From Escherichia phage T2: a stretch of 64,000 nt of DNA. Location of the stretch: the sequence record NC_054931.1. One strand, 5' to 3'. The position numbers were made by a program, and so were the translations under genes. A model generated the notes under the pieces. That model was not told the DNA's origin and did not search any database. It worked only from the letters and a program-made list of their open reading frames with translations. Below, one piece after another: positions 31,739 through 44,995 of the stretch (within the stretch, counting starts at the first letter, position 1; the number at the start of each line of letters is the position of its first letter).

Positions 31739-31975
31739 TTATTTACCTATTACAGTTTTAATATGAGTTGTTCCACGTTCTTTAAGGGTGGAAAGTAATT
31801 TTTGGAATTTTTCTAAATCAGATTTCCAACTATATGGTTTATCAATACAAACCCAATTTGTCTTATAATACTGTTTCCATTTAGAGAAAAAATATTTCTT
31901 ATACTCTACAGCAAACGAGATGTTCTCATTAGAATAAGAACTAATTGCTGTGAGCTTTACCAAACGAAATTTCAT
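31739..31975 (-). CDS. hypothetical protein (31.2 position)
   Basis: 78 aa ORF abutting the cd start. Confidence 0.55.
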   Translation of the reverse strand: MKFRLVKLTAISSYSNENISFAVEYKKYFFSKWKQYYKTNWVCIDKPYSWKSDLEKFQKLLSTLKERGTTHIKTVIGK

Positions 31976-32556
31976 TATTCACCGCAGAATTCGTTGATAT
32001 TTTCCCAGTTTAACTTATTCAAGTTTTTCTTAGGAACATTAAACACTTCAATACCTGCATTTCGCAGAATATCATCCCAGCCAGGTTTATTTTTATCATA
32101 TGTTTCGCAATAAACCAGCTTTTTAATACCAGATTGAGCTATCGCTTTTGCACAATCTGGACAAGGAGAAAGTGTTACATACATAGTAGCACCTTCAATA
32201 GAAGAACCATTTCGTGCAGCAAACAAAATTGCATTTAGCTCAGCATGAATTTCATTTTTAGACGACCATTCAGAGTGAGCACTACGATGTTCTTTCGCCA
32301 AGACAAAACGATCAGTTGAACCAAATGATACGCATTCAGGCTTATGGCCTTGAATGATAGTATGTTTAGGCTTATTCAGCAACCAACCTTGCTCAGCAGC
32401 ATAATCACAACAGTTCACACCCCCTGCGGGTGAACCATTATACCCAGTAGAAATAATACGTCCATTCTTTTCAATTACTGCTCCTACCTTCCAGGAGCAA
32501 CATTTTGATTCCTGCGATACTAAATATGCAATTTGAAGTACTGTACTCGCTTTCAT
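31975..32556 (-). CDS. cd: dCMP deaminase
   Basis: 193 aa ORF; zinc motifs HAE and PCxxC. Confidence 0.95.
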   Translation of the reverse strand: MKASTVLQIAYLVSQESKCCSWKVGAVIEKNGRIISTGYNGSPAGGVNCCDYAAEQGWLLNKPKHTIIQGHKPECVSFGSTDRFVLAKEHRSAHSEWSSKNEIHAELNAILFAARNGSSIEGATMYVTLSPCPDCAKAIAQSGIKKLVYCETYDKNKPGWDDILRNAGIEVFNVPKKNLNKLNWENINEFCGE

Positions 32557-32891
32557 TTCATAATCACCAGATAAGCAGATTTAGCAGTTTCAACACGATA
32601 AATTTCGTGACGAAGTTTAGTTATACTTTTAATAACAGAACTAATTATATTCTGCCCATCTTTAAAGCGGTTTTTCTTATCAATAAAAACTGCGCCAGTC
32701 ATCTTTTTATGAAGCTCAACTGGATACTTCGTCACAATAATAGCATCATACACAGAAGGATGAATACTATTCACCAGAGTATCATTCATTAAAGTTATTC
32801 TAATGAACTTTGCTGTTTCAGAGTCAAGCGCTCTATGATCGCCAGTATCATTTTCAAGACAATTATCAATTATATCAGTTAAATTCATCAT
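32553..32891 (-). CDS. hypothetical protein
   Basis: 112 aa ORF overlapping the cd stop. Confidence 0.55.
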   Translation of the reverse strand: MMNLTDIIDNCLENDTGDHRALDSETAKFIRITLMNDTLVNSIHPSVYDAIIVTKYPVELHKKMTGAVFIDKKNRFKDGQNIISSVIKSITKLRHEIYRVETAKSAYLVIMK

Positions 32892-33127
32892 AGTACGCCA
32901 TACACCCTTTGTGCTTCAACTAATCCATCAAAATCCAGTTTAAGATGCGATATTTGATCGCCATCACCTGGATTCACAATTACTAATACTGAACGAGGAG
33001 TTTCGGTAATAACACGAACCGATGTTTCAGGAAATCGTTCAGAAACCTTATTTACCAATTCCTGCGCAAATAGCTTAACTTTTTCTTGGAATTCTTTAAC
33101 AGTAATCGGTTTTTCACTTAGCAGCAT
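32888..33127 (-). CDS. hypothetical protein
   Basis: 79 aa ORF. Confidence 0.55.
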   Translation of the reverse strand: MLLSEKPITVKEFQEKVKLFAQELVNKVSERFPETSVRVITETPRSVLVIVNPGDGDQISHLKLDFDGLVEAQRVYGVL

Positions 33128-33186
33128 TTTGTTTTCCTCATTTGTTTGGTAGAGCTAATATCACAACTCTACCGTAAAGTAAACTA

Positions 33187-33462
33187 TTAAATTGCTTTGA
33201 ATTCTGCTGTCTGCGATTCAAAACGAATATCGCCTTTGATGACTAGCTCAGCATCAAGACCGAATACAACAATGATATGCGCGGAACCTGGATACAGCGT
33301 AATGGCAACAGAATCCACCTGGTCTGGAAGCAAAGTGTTCAATACATGAGTCACTTGAGCATGGATTCGAAGCTCGGCTGCGTTATCAAGTTTTTCAAAC
33401 ATATTATTAGCGATAATTTGGCTAAACACTACTTCTACGATTTTAGAATAAGTAGGAAACAT
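33187..33462 (-). CDS. hypothetical protein
   Basis: 91 aa ORF. Confidence 0.55.
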   Translation of the reverse strand: MFPTYSKIVEVVFSQIIANNMFEKLDNAAELRIHAQVTHVLNTLLPDQVDSVAITLYPGSAHIIVVFGLDAELVIKGDIRFESQTAEFKAI

Positions 33463-33526
33463 ATTTACCTCACATAATTTTCTTCAAGCCAATTAATAAT
33501 ATCCCAAGTTTCATGGTGCAAAGCCA

Positions 33527-34677
<1,151 letters not shown>

Positions 34678-34743
34678 GTATACTGCACCATGACATGCAT
34701 CAATGTAACGGTCTGAGCATTCAATATAGCATTAGCAGAGTTT

Positions 34744-34974
34744 TCATTTATTTTTCTCAACCAATGATTGAATATAATCATGCAGGTCTTTAGATGCTTT
34801 GCCCCACTTATTTTGATATTCATTTTTGAGATTAGCACGTGATTGAGCTAACAAAACATCATTAGTCGGAGGTAAAGATTCTAACCGCTGAATCTGGCGT
34901 CCATAAATCATTGCAGCCATCTCGGATTCATAAATCAATTCTTTGAGATGTTCAAATTGATGCCATGAAATCAT
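34744..34974 (-). CDS. hypothetical protein
   Basis: 76 aa ORF. Confidence 0.5.
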   Translation of the reverse strand: MISWHQFEHLKELIYESEMAAMIYGRQIQRLESLPPTNDVLLAQSRANLKNEYQNKWGKASKDLHDYIQSLVEKNK

Positions 34975-35270
34975 TTACATTTATCCTCTTTTAACTCTTG
35001 ACGATAATAACATATCATAGTTTTCTGGTCATGTACATATCGTTTTACATCATTAAGCCAAATACGAAATTCCTGGGAATCTTCAAATGGCATACCGACC
35101 CAAGCTTTACCATCGATAACTTTAACTTGCCAAGATAGTTTAGCTTCATCATATGACTTTATTTGTACAGGCCAATTAGGATGAACTGTTTCTTTCTTTA
35201 CTTCTAGAGGCTTTGTCGAACAACCAACTAGAAGACCAATAGATAATATTACTGCTGATAGTTTAATCAT
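34971..35270 (-). CDS. outer-membrane spanin (lipoprotein), T4 pseT.2-like
   Basis: 99 aa ORF; signal peptide with lipobox LLVGC; directly downstream of the i-spanin-like gene. Confidence 0.7.
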   Translation of the reverse strand: MIKLSAVILSIGLLVGCSTKPLEVKKETVHPNWPVQIKSYDEAKLSWQVKVIDGKAWVGMPFEDSQEFRIWLNDVKRYVHDQKTMICYYRQELKEDKCK

Positions 35271-35620
35271 TTAGAAAGGTCCTGGATGTCTTCTGCGAAC
35301 TTGTTGAAGGAGTTGTTGATTTGTTTTTCAACCAATCCTGGCTTATGAGCCACCACATCCGCCTTCTTTGCGTCTTTGCGCAGTTTTTCATTTTCACGCT
35401 CAATAGCAGAAATTGCCTCACGATTTTTAGTATTCATCGCATCAATATAATTATACTGAATTCGCAAATTATTTAATGCTAAAGCGTTTTCATTGGCCGT
35501 TTTTGTAATTTCTACAACAGACGTTTCTAATCTTTCAATTTTATTTTTTAAAATTAAAGAAGTTCCGCCTAATGCAATTACAATTAATAGCAAACCTGCT
35601 GTCGTATTACTTAATTGCAT
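35267..35620 (-). CDS. inner-membrane spanin, T4 pseT.3-like
   Basis: 117 aa ORF; N-terminal transmembrane helix then coiled-coil-like periplasmic region. Confidence 0.7.
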   Translation of the reverse strand: MQLSNTTAGLLLIVIALGGTSLILKNKIERLETSVVEITKTANENALALNNLRIQYNYIDAMNTKNREAISAIERENEKLRKDAKKADVVAHKPGLVEKQINNSFNKFAEDIQDLSK

Positions 35621-36114
35621 AAAGTTTTAATAACCTCTATAATATCGTCTTGAGAAAGACCGTTAATTAAAATATGATGTTCAGCTGGAGATTTAGAAAT
35701 TTTAAAGCATGCCTCAACATCTTCTGCCATATCCGATGCACTACGATTTGGATTACTAATCCCAAGGCGGTGTTTTCCCGTCAAAGGATTAACGATGATG
35801 TAGCATTTACAACTATTGATATGAACATTAGGCTGAGTCTGATTAATGAATACTTCGCACTCATACTTAGCGAGTTGATTTTCTAAAAAGACTTTCATCT
35901 CTTCAACCGCATCAGGAAGCATATCACGGGCTTGCTCAAGACGACGATTTCGATATTCTTTAATGGTCGTTTTCCGCTTGACTTGCTTAGCTAAATCTTT
36001 CTTAAGATCAGTGATATATCCAACTCGACGATTTCCTTTGAATACAGAAATCCCATCTGTAGTATCACCGTATGCTTCAACGACCATTTCAGTAGTAATA
36101 AGCTGCAAATCCAT
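35611..36114 (-). CDS. alc: Alc, inhibitor of host transcription
   Basis: Track ORF 35611..36117 (MMDLQ...); 167 aa from the second Met as in T4 Alc; early promoter upstream. Confidence 0.8.
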   Translation of the reverse strand: MDLQLITTEMVVEAYGDTTDGISVFKGNRRVGYITDLKKDLAKQVKRKTTIKEYRNRRLEQARDMLPDAVEEMKVFLENQLAKYECEVFINQTQPNVHINSCKCYIIVNPLTGKHRLGISNPNRSASDMAEDVEACFKISKSPAEHHILINGLSQDDIIEVIKTLCN

Positions 36115-36119
36115 CATAA

Positions 36120-36178
36120 AGTCCTCATGTTATGTCAGTAAGATTACTATAACACAACACGAAGGACTTGTAAACAGC
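36120..36178 (-). promoter_or_regulatory. early promoter and conserved leader upstream of alc
   Basis: GTTTACA, 17 nt, TATAGT, then leader CTTACTGACATAACATGAGGA; an almost identical copy lies at 21690..21745. Confidence 0.5.
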
Positions 36179-37766
<1,588 letters not shown>

Positions 37767-37793
37767 AATAAAATGGGCCTTGCGGCCCACTCC

Positions 37794-38972
37794 TTAAAAA
37801 TATTTTTTAAAACTCATCATAACTTTATCATCAACATCATTATCAATCTGTGCAACAAGGTAAGATGACAGTTCTACTTCTTGTGGCGCGGATTGAACAT
37901 TATCAGAATTAAGATATTCACGAATCCAAGGATATGGATGTTTAACCGGAGCATCGGTAATTGGGCATGGAAGACCGCACTGTTTCATACGAGATACAGT
38001 TAAGTAATCAATAAAGCTCCACATGCTATTTGTATTTAGTCCGGGAACGTCTCCATCTTTAAATAAATGAACCGCCCAATCTTTTTCTTGGCGGTTAACT
38101 TCCATGAAAATATCAACTGCTTCTTGTTCACACTCTTTGGCAATTTTAACCCATTCATCACCATCAGTGCCAAGTTGAAGTTGACGAATAATATATTGTG
38201 TACCTTTAAGATGAAGCTGCTCATCACGTGCAATGAACTTCATAATCTTGGCATTACCTTCCATGATTTCCATGTTCTTATGGAAGTTAAAGGTACATGC
38301 AAAAGATACATAAAAACGAATAGCTTCCAATGCGTTGATTACGTGCAGGCAGAGGTAAAGAGAGCGCATTAGTTCACGTTTCCAATACATTTCATGCTCT
38401 ATGGCATCTTTAATATCATCTTCGTCTGCGTTAATTTCTTTTTTGTACTCAATATCAGCTTTAGCATTCTGCCAATATCTAGTTTTCTCAATAACATCAT
38501 CATAATAACGACCAATAGATTCAGCACGTTTCATGATAGCTTTATCTAATACAATCTCATCAAATACCTTTGATGGATCAGTATAAAGATTTCGCATAAT
38601 ATGAGTGTATGAACGACTGTGAATAGTTTCACTAAAAGTCCATGTAGCAACCCATGTATCAAGACTTGGGTCTGAAATTAACGACATAAGTACAGCAGAC
38701 GGTGCACGACCCTGAATGCTATCTAGAAGTGATTGATACTTCAGGTTATTAGTAAAAATATCTTGCTGATATTGAGGAAGCTTGTTAAATTGCGCAGCAT
38801 CCATCATTAAGTTTACTTCTTCAGGACGCCAGAAAAATGACAACTGCTTTTCGGTTAAATCTTCAAAAACTTTATGACGTTGAATATCATAACGCGCAAT
38901 ACCAAGACCTGAACCAAAAAACATAGGTTCTTTTAAAACATCAACTGGATTTGTATTAAAAACTGTGCTCAT
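37794..38972 (-). CDS. nrdB: ribonucleotide reductase small subunit, uninterrupted
   Basis: 392 aa continuous ORF, N-terminus as T4 NrdB; no intron. Confidence 0.95.
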   Translation of the reverse strand: MSTVFNTNPVDVLKEPMFFGSGLGIARYDIQRHKVFEDLTEKQLSFFWRPEEVNLMMDAAQFNKLPQYQQDIFTNNLKYQSLLDSIQGRAPSAVLMSLISDPSLDTWVATWTFSETIHSRSYTHIMRNLYTDPSKVFDEIVLDKAIMKRAESIGRYYDDVIEKTRYWQNAKADIEYKKEINADEDDIKDAIEHEMYWKRELMRSLYLCLHVINALEAIRFYVSFACTFNFHKNMEIMEGNAKIMKFIARDEQLHLKGTQYIIRQLQLGTDGDEWVKIAKECEQEAVDIFMEVNRQEKDWAVHLFKDGDVPGLNTNSMWSFIDYLTVSRMKQCGLPCPITDAPVKHPYPWIREYLNSDNVQSAPQEVELSSYLVAQIDNDVDDKVMMSFKKYF

Positions 38973-39023
38973 AAATTTTCCACTTAGTTAATAGATAGTG
39001 ACTCGTCCATGAGTCAAATTATA

Positions 39024-41288
39024 TCATAATTTACAGGATGAACAATCTTCAGCTTTTGGAGTTTCTATTTCATAATCATCAGTACCAGAACCATCGCGGG
39101 TATTATGATAATAGAAATTTTTAATGCCATAATACCATCCGTATAACATGTCATCAATCATTATTGACATTGGAACCTTTCCTTTTGGAAAAATCTGCGG
39201 GTCATAATATGTATTCGCTGAAGCTGATTGACATACCCATTTCAGCATAATAGCTACCTGCGTAAGATAAGGTTTATTACCTTTCTTAGCTAATTTCCAT
39301 GTATAATCATATAGGTCTATGTTATGTTCAATATTGGGCACGACTTGATTAAAGGAACCCTCTTTTGATTCTTTAACAGAGACTGGTCCACGTGGAGGCT
39401 CGATACCGTTTGTACTGTTAGAAACTTGGGAAGATGACTCACATGGCATAAGTGCTGATAATGTGCTATTACGGATGCCAAAGAGCTTAAGGTCTTCCCG
39501 CAGCGACGACCAGTCACAAACGTATTTTGGAGCTGCGATTTGGTCAATCTTTTTATTGTACCAGTCGATAGGTAATTCGCCTCGAGACCAACGAGTGTCT
39601 GAATAATATTCACAAGGTCCTTTTTCTTTGGCGAGCTTAATGGATGCTTTAATGAGTCCATACTGTAATCTCTCAAATAGTTCATGTGTTAAATCGTTAG
39701 CATCTTCATAAGAAGCAAAGTTACTTGCCAGCCAAGCTGCATAGTTAGTAACACCTACACCAAGGTTACGACGCTTTTTAGCTTTTTCTGCTTCAGGAAC
39801 TGGATATCCTTGGTAATCCAACAGATTATCAAGAGCACGAACTTGAACTTCTGCCAATTCATTAATTTTATCTTGGTCTTGCCAGTCAAAATTATCTAGT
39901 ACGAATGCAGAGAGAGTACACAATCCAATTTCAGCATCAGGACTATTCACATCATTTGTTGGAATAGCAATTTCACAGCACAAGTTACTCTGACGAATAG
40001 GTGCCTTTTCACGAATAAACGGAGTATAGTTATTCGTATTATCAATGAACTGCACATAAATCCTTGCTGTTCCTGAACGTTCAGTCATGAGCAATTCAAA
40101 TAGTTCACGGGCTTTAATACGCTTTTTACGAATATTAGGGTCTTTTTCTGCTGCTTCGTATAATTCACGGAAACGGTCTTGGTCTTTAAAATAAGAATAA
40201 TACAGCTCTCCACCCATTTCATGCGGACTGAACAAAGTAATGTAATCGTTCTTTCCGAATCGTTCCATCATCAAATCATTCAGTTGAACACCATAATCCA
40301 TATGACGGATGCGGTTTTCTTCTACGCCTTTGTTATTTTTCAAAACGAGAAGATTTTCAACTTCCAAATGCCAAATAGGATAATAAGCAGTAGCAGCGCC
40401 GCCACGAATTCCACCCTGTGAACATGATTTAACAGCAGTCTGAAAATGTTTCCAAAAAGGAATAACACCAGTATGGCGTACTTCACCCATGCCAATCTTA
40501 GAACCTTCGGCACGAATCATACCAACGTTAATTCCAATTCCAGCGCGTTTAGAAATATATTCAACAATTGAAGCAGAAGCTTTATTAATTGACTTTAATG
40601 AATCACCAGCTTCAATAACAACGCATGAACTAAACTGCCGAGTTGGAGTACGGCAACCAGCCATAATAGGAGTTGGCAGTGAAATCTGTCGAGTAGATAC
40701 TGCTTCATAAAAACGAATAACATGTTTTAATCTGTCAACAGGTTCATCTTGATGCAATGCCATTCCAATAGTCATAAATGCAAACTGTGGAGTTTCATAA
40801 ATTTGACCAGTGGTTTTATCTTTAACGAGATATTTTTCTTTTAATTGCATCGCCCCGGAATAAGTAAATTCCATATCCCGCTCGTGCTTAATTTTTGATT
40901 CTAAAAATGTAATTTCTTCTGCAGAATATTTTGACAACAATTCAGGGTCGTATTTACCTTCATTTACACAGTAAGAAATATGGTCAATAAATGAACGCGG
41001 TTCATACTGCCCATAAACATGTTTACGAAGAGCAAACATTAAACAGCGTGCAGCTACATATTGATAATCAGGTTCTTCAACCGAAATAGAATTCGCAGCA
41101 GCCTTAATGACAATAGTCTGAATGTCATCAGTGGTCATTCCATCACGGAGATATGATTTAATATTTTCATATAATTCATAAGGATCTACAGATGTTCCTT
41201 CAGCTGCCCAAGATAAAACTTTAATAATTTTTTGCGGGTCAAAGCTCTGAGAAACACCACTACTTTTGATAACATTAATTAATTGCAT
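39024..41288 (-). CDS. nrdA: ribonucleotide reductase large subunit
   Basis: 754 aa ORF, size as T4 NrdA; C-terminal CSSC thiol motif. Confidence 0.97.
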   Translation of the reverse strand: MQLINVIKSSGVSQSFDPQKIIKVLSWAAEGTSVDPYELYENIKSYLRDGMTTDDIQTIVIKAAANSISVEEPDYQYVAARCLMFALRKHVYGQYEPRSFIDHISYCVNEGKYDPELLSKYSAEEITFLESKIKHERDMEFTYSGAMQLKEKYLVKDKTTGQIYETPQFAFMTIGMALHQDEPVDRLKHVIRFYEAVSTRQISLPTPIMAGCRTPTRQFSSCVVIEAGDSLKSINKASASIVEYISKRAGIGINVGMIRAEGSKIGMGEVRHTGVIPFWKHFQTAVKSCSQGGIRGGAATAYYPIWHLEVENLLVLKNNKGVEENRIRHMDYGVQLNDLMMERFGKNDYITLFSPHEMGGELYYSYFKDQDRFRELYEAAEKDPNIRKKRIKARELFELLMTERSGTARIYVQFIDNTNNYTPFIREKAPIRQSNLCCEIAIPTNDVNSPDAEIGLCTLSAFVLDNFDWQDQDKINELAEVQVRALDNLLDYQGYPVPEAEKAKKRRNLGVGVTNYAAWLASNFASYEDANDLTHELFERLQYGLIKASIKLAKEKGPCEYYSDTRWSRGELPIDWYNKKIDQIAAPKYVCDWSSLREDLKLFGIRNSTLSALMPCESSSQVSNSTNGIEPPRGPVSVKESKEGSFNQVVPNIEHNIDLYDYTWKLAKKGNKPYLTQVAIMLKWVCQSASANTYYDPQIFPKGKVPMSIMIDDMLYGWYYGIKNFYYHNTRDGSGTDDYEIETPKAEDCSSCKL

Positions 41289-41605
41289 AAGTCCTCAACT
41301 TGAAAATCGTCTTTAAACAATCGGTTAACTATATGAGCTATTATATCACCATGACACGGCTTTGGTTTACATGTGCATCCTAGCCTCATTCCACGTAAAG
41401 GCTCTAAATGTTCTTTAGTTATTTCTCCGGATTTAATTCGACGTATAAAATCTTTTTTGAATAATTCAATGGCAGCCTCCCGGCTGCCAGCATCTTTACC
41501 GACGTAATTTCCCCAAAATGTACCACGGTGAATATTAACATCAAAGTCGGATTTATATTTATTCACTACCTGGCATAGACGGCCCGCGCGGCGATAATTC
41601 GTCAT
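41279..41605 (-). CDS. hypothetical Cys/His-motif protein (nrdA.1 position)
   Basis: 108 aa ORF; motif [12 protein letters not shown]. Confidence 0.6.
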   Translation of the reverse strand: MTNYRRAGRLCQVVNKYKSDFDVNIHRGTFWGNYVGKDAGSREAAIELFKKDFIRRIKSGEITKEHLEPLRGMRLGCTCKPKPCHGDIIAHIVNRLFKDDFQVEDLCN

Positions 41606-41834
41606 ATTGTTTTTCCGTTAAAACAGTAATATCATAGTAACAATCTGAAGAAGTTTTAACTGTAGAAATTTTATTATCAAAATACTCACGAGTCATTTTA
41701 TGAGTATAATATTTTTTGCCATAAATGATAATAGGCTGATTTGGTCCTGGAACTTCTAACTCGCTTGGATTAGGAAGTGTAAAAAGAACGACACCAGAAG
41801 TATCTTTAAATCGTAAAATCATATATCCTCGCAA
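41559..41834 (-). CDS. hypothetical protein (nrdA.2 position)
   Basis: 91 aa ORF overlapping the next gene. Confidence 0.5.
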   Translation of the reverse strand: MRGYMILRFKDTSGVVLFTLPNPSELEVPGPNQPIIIYGKKYYTHKMTREYFDNKISTVKTSSDCYYDITVLTEKQYDELSPRGPSMPGSE

Positions 41835-41845
41835 TTAAATTAAAA

Positions 41846-42706
41846 TTATACCGCCATCTTTCCTTTAATTGGCGGGTGAGATACATAGTTGTTAAGAACG
41901 AAATCTTTAGGCCTAAGTTTAAGAACATATTTTAATTGTTCTTTAGTAGAAAGATATCGGAATTTATAAGGTAGACCACTTATTACCAGCTCACAAAGCT
42001 CTTTAGGTTCACGACGCAAAATTTCTTTACATTGTTCTACGTGATTCATATAGATATGAGTATTACCGCCAGAAAATATCAAATCTCCAGGAATAAGATT
42101 ACACATCTTAGCTACAATATGAACTAACGCAGCATATGATGCAATATTAAATGGAAGACCAAGAAAAACATCTACTGATCGTTGATACCACTGCAAATCC
42201 AAATAGCCATTACGCACATTAAACTGATAGAACATATGACAAGGCGGTAATGCCATATATTTAAGTTCAGCTGGATTCCACGCAGAAACAATTTGTCGCC
42301 TATCATTCGGCAGTTTTTTAATACGATCAATAACTTCTACAATTTGGTCTACACCGCCAAAATCACGCCACTGTTTTCCATAAATTGGACCAAGTTCACC
42401 GCTATGGTATCCTAAATCTTTTGCTTGATTTTCGTAATTTTCATCCCAGACTGTTTTGCCTTGAATTAATGAATCATGCTGAATTAATCGTAAATCATTG
42501 ACATTTGTGCTTCCTGATAAAAACCAAAGTAGCTCAGCAATGCAAGCTTTCCAGGCGAGCTTTTTAGTTGTTACTGCAGGAAAACCTTTACTTAAATCCC
42601 AGCGTAATTTAGTACCGAACAAAGCAATTGTTCCTGTGCCTGTTCGATCATCGGTTTCATAGCCATTTTCAAAAATGTCTTTAATTAAATCTTGGTATTG
42701 TTTCAT
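41846..42706 (-). CDS. td: thymidylate synthase, uninterrupted
   Basis: 286 aa continuous ORF, size as T4 Td; no intron. Confidence 0.97.
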   Translation of the reverse strand: MKQYQDLIKDIFENGYETDDRTGTGTIALFGTKLRWDLSKGFPAVTTKKLAWKACIAELLWFLSGSTNVNDLRLIQHDSLIQGKTVWDENYENQAKDLGYHSGELGPIYGKQWRDFGGVDQIVEVIDRIKKLPNDRRQIVSAWNPAELKYMALPPCHMFYQFNVRNGYLDLQWYQRSVDVFLGLPFNIASYAALVHIVAKMCNLIPGDLIFSGGNTHIYMNHVEQCKEILRREPKELCELVISGLPYKFRYLSTKEQLKYVLKLRPKDFVLNNYVSHPPIKGKMAV

Positions 42707-42751
42707 TTAGTACCTTATATAAATTATAATACATTTTATGAAGCTAAATAA

Positions 42752-43099
42752 TCAATACGGTTTAGCATCAAATTTTCTTTCGATTTCAGGAGTGAAATAT
42801 AATTCTTTACCGCGTTTAGAAAAGCGACCAATAATATGATAATTATTCTCATCAAACGTAATATTGCCAATATCCATGGCTTTCAACCAAATATCGATAT
42901 TTCTATCCAGTTTTATATCAAAATTCCAATACGGAGAACTATTACCGAAAATACTGCAAGCGGATTCAGTGAAACAACTGCTATAAATCTTGTCTTTAGG
43001 AACTACTAATTGATAGACGCCTTTAATAAACTGAGGACCCTGCCATTTTGGTTGTTTCGCGTCTTTTTCTAATAGAATAGGGTAATAATTAAAGTTCAT
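42752..43099 (-). CDS. hypothetical protein inserted between frd and td
   Basis: Track ORF 42752..43111 (GTG); probable ATG start at MNFNYY (115 aa); no recognisable motif. Confidence 0.55.
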   Translation of the reverse strand: MNFNYYPILLEKDAKQPKWQGPQFIKGVYQLVVPKDKIYSSCFTESACSIFGNSSPYWNFDIKLDRNIDIWLKAMDIGNITFDENNYHIIGRFSKRGKELYFTPEIERKFDAKPY

Positions 43100-43119
43100 A
43101 TTTTCCGCCACGCGTTATT

Positions 43120-43946
<827 letters not shown>

Positions 43947-43956
43947 ATCATCTCCT

Positions 43957-44199
43957 TCAAACAGACTTTTTCACAATTTTCCAATCAGTTTTAAACTGCT
44001 CGACGTCAGAATGGTAAATCCAGAATCCTGCGCTTTCTCCGTCTTCATAAAGAGGACATCCATCGCATTCATCTTCCCATCCCATATCACGTAAAAGATG
44101 TTCAGCTTTTTCAACAAGTTCAGAATCTTTACCGATGATATTAAAATACCATTTACCTCTAACTTCTGAATCTTTGATGCTTTGGCGTTGTAATCTCAT
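43957..44199 (-). CDS. hypothetical protein
   Basis: 80 aa ORF. Confidence 0.55.
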   Translation of the reverse strand: MRLQRQSIKDSEVRGKWYFNIIGKDSELVEKAEHLLRDMGWEDECDGCPLYEDGESAGFWIYHSDVEQFKTDWKIVKKSV

Positions 44200-44253
44200 T
44201 TTATTCTCCTTAGTTGATAGGGTAATAGTATCACACTACTACCCTTCTGTAAA

Positions 44254-44619
44254 CTACTTTTTGAAAGTTTTTCGCAAAAGTTCAATGATTTCATCTACAT
44301 TGTTTTCGTCTACAATGCAGTGAATTTTTGTTACGCCAGAAACCTTGTCTTCGATTTCATCTTCTTCAGAAGTCTGTTCTTTATACTCACGAAAACAATG
44401 AAATTCATCTTCACAAATGTTAAAGTAAAAATGCTTTCCATTTGCGCATTCAATGTGTTTTATTGCTCTAAATCCATCAACAAAGAAAGTTTCTTTAACT
44501 TCAAACCACCCGCCATTTTCTTCAATAATTTTAACTATTGATGAATTAGAACGTGGGCGATAATTAATAAATGTATCAATAAGTCTTGGAACAAGTTCAT
44601 ACTTTTTGCCAATATACAT
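44254..44619 (-). CDS. hypothetical protein
   Basis: 121 aa ORF. Confidence 0.55.
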   Translation of the reverse strand: MYIGKKYELVPRLIDTFINYRPRSNSSIVKIIEENGGWFEVKETFFVDGFRAIKHIECANGKHFYFNICEDEFHCFREYKEQTSEEDEIEDKVSGVTKIHCIVDENNVDEIIELLRKTFKK

Positions 44620-44663
44620 TACGTTTTCCTCATTTTAACGGGGCTGTAATAGCCCCTTGATAA

Positions 44664-44891
44664 TTATTGTTCAATCAGTCCCATGTAAAATTCTGCGTCT
44701 TCAGAATCCATACCATCGCAATATTCATTAGCCATAAAGCGGGTGAGGTCTTCAAGAGGACCTTCAATAACGATTTGAATACTCCAAAACTTAGAATCTT
44801 GCACGCTTGTGATACTAAGTTCAGGATAACGATTACGAATAATTTCTTCAATATATTCAAAATCAACGATGTCAATATCAACTTTAGCCAT
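44664..44891 (-). CDS. hypothetical acidic protein
   Basis: Track ORF 44664..44954; start moved to MAKVDIDIV after AGAGGAAAA RBS; early promoter upstream. Confidence 0.5.
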   Translation of the reverse strand: MAKVDIDIVDFEYIEEIIRNRYPELSITSVQDSKFWSIQIVIEGPLEDLTRFMANEYCDGMDSEDAEFYMGLIEQ

Positions 44892-44929
44892 ATTATTTTC
44901 CTCTTTAATCATCAGCAGTATTGCCGATA

Positions 44930-44995
44930 GTTGTATAGTACCATGGAAGGACAAGGATGTAAACCGTTTTGTGAAAAATTTTTGAAATAAAAAAG
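44930..44995 (-). promoter_or_regulatory. early promoter with UP element (upstream of ORF 44664..44891)
   Basis: Minus strand AAAAATTTTTCACAAAACGGTTTACA then TACTAT; near-identical to the motA promoter element. Confidence 0.55.

Noticed and set aside
38036-38372. ORFs of 65 and 101 aa overlapping nrdB
   Set aside because: Embedded in or antisense to the ribonucleotide reductase small subunit gene.
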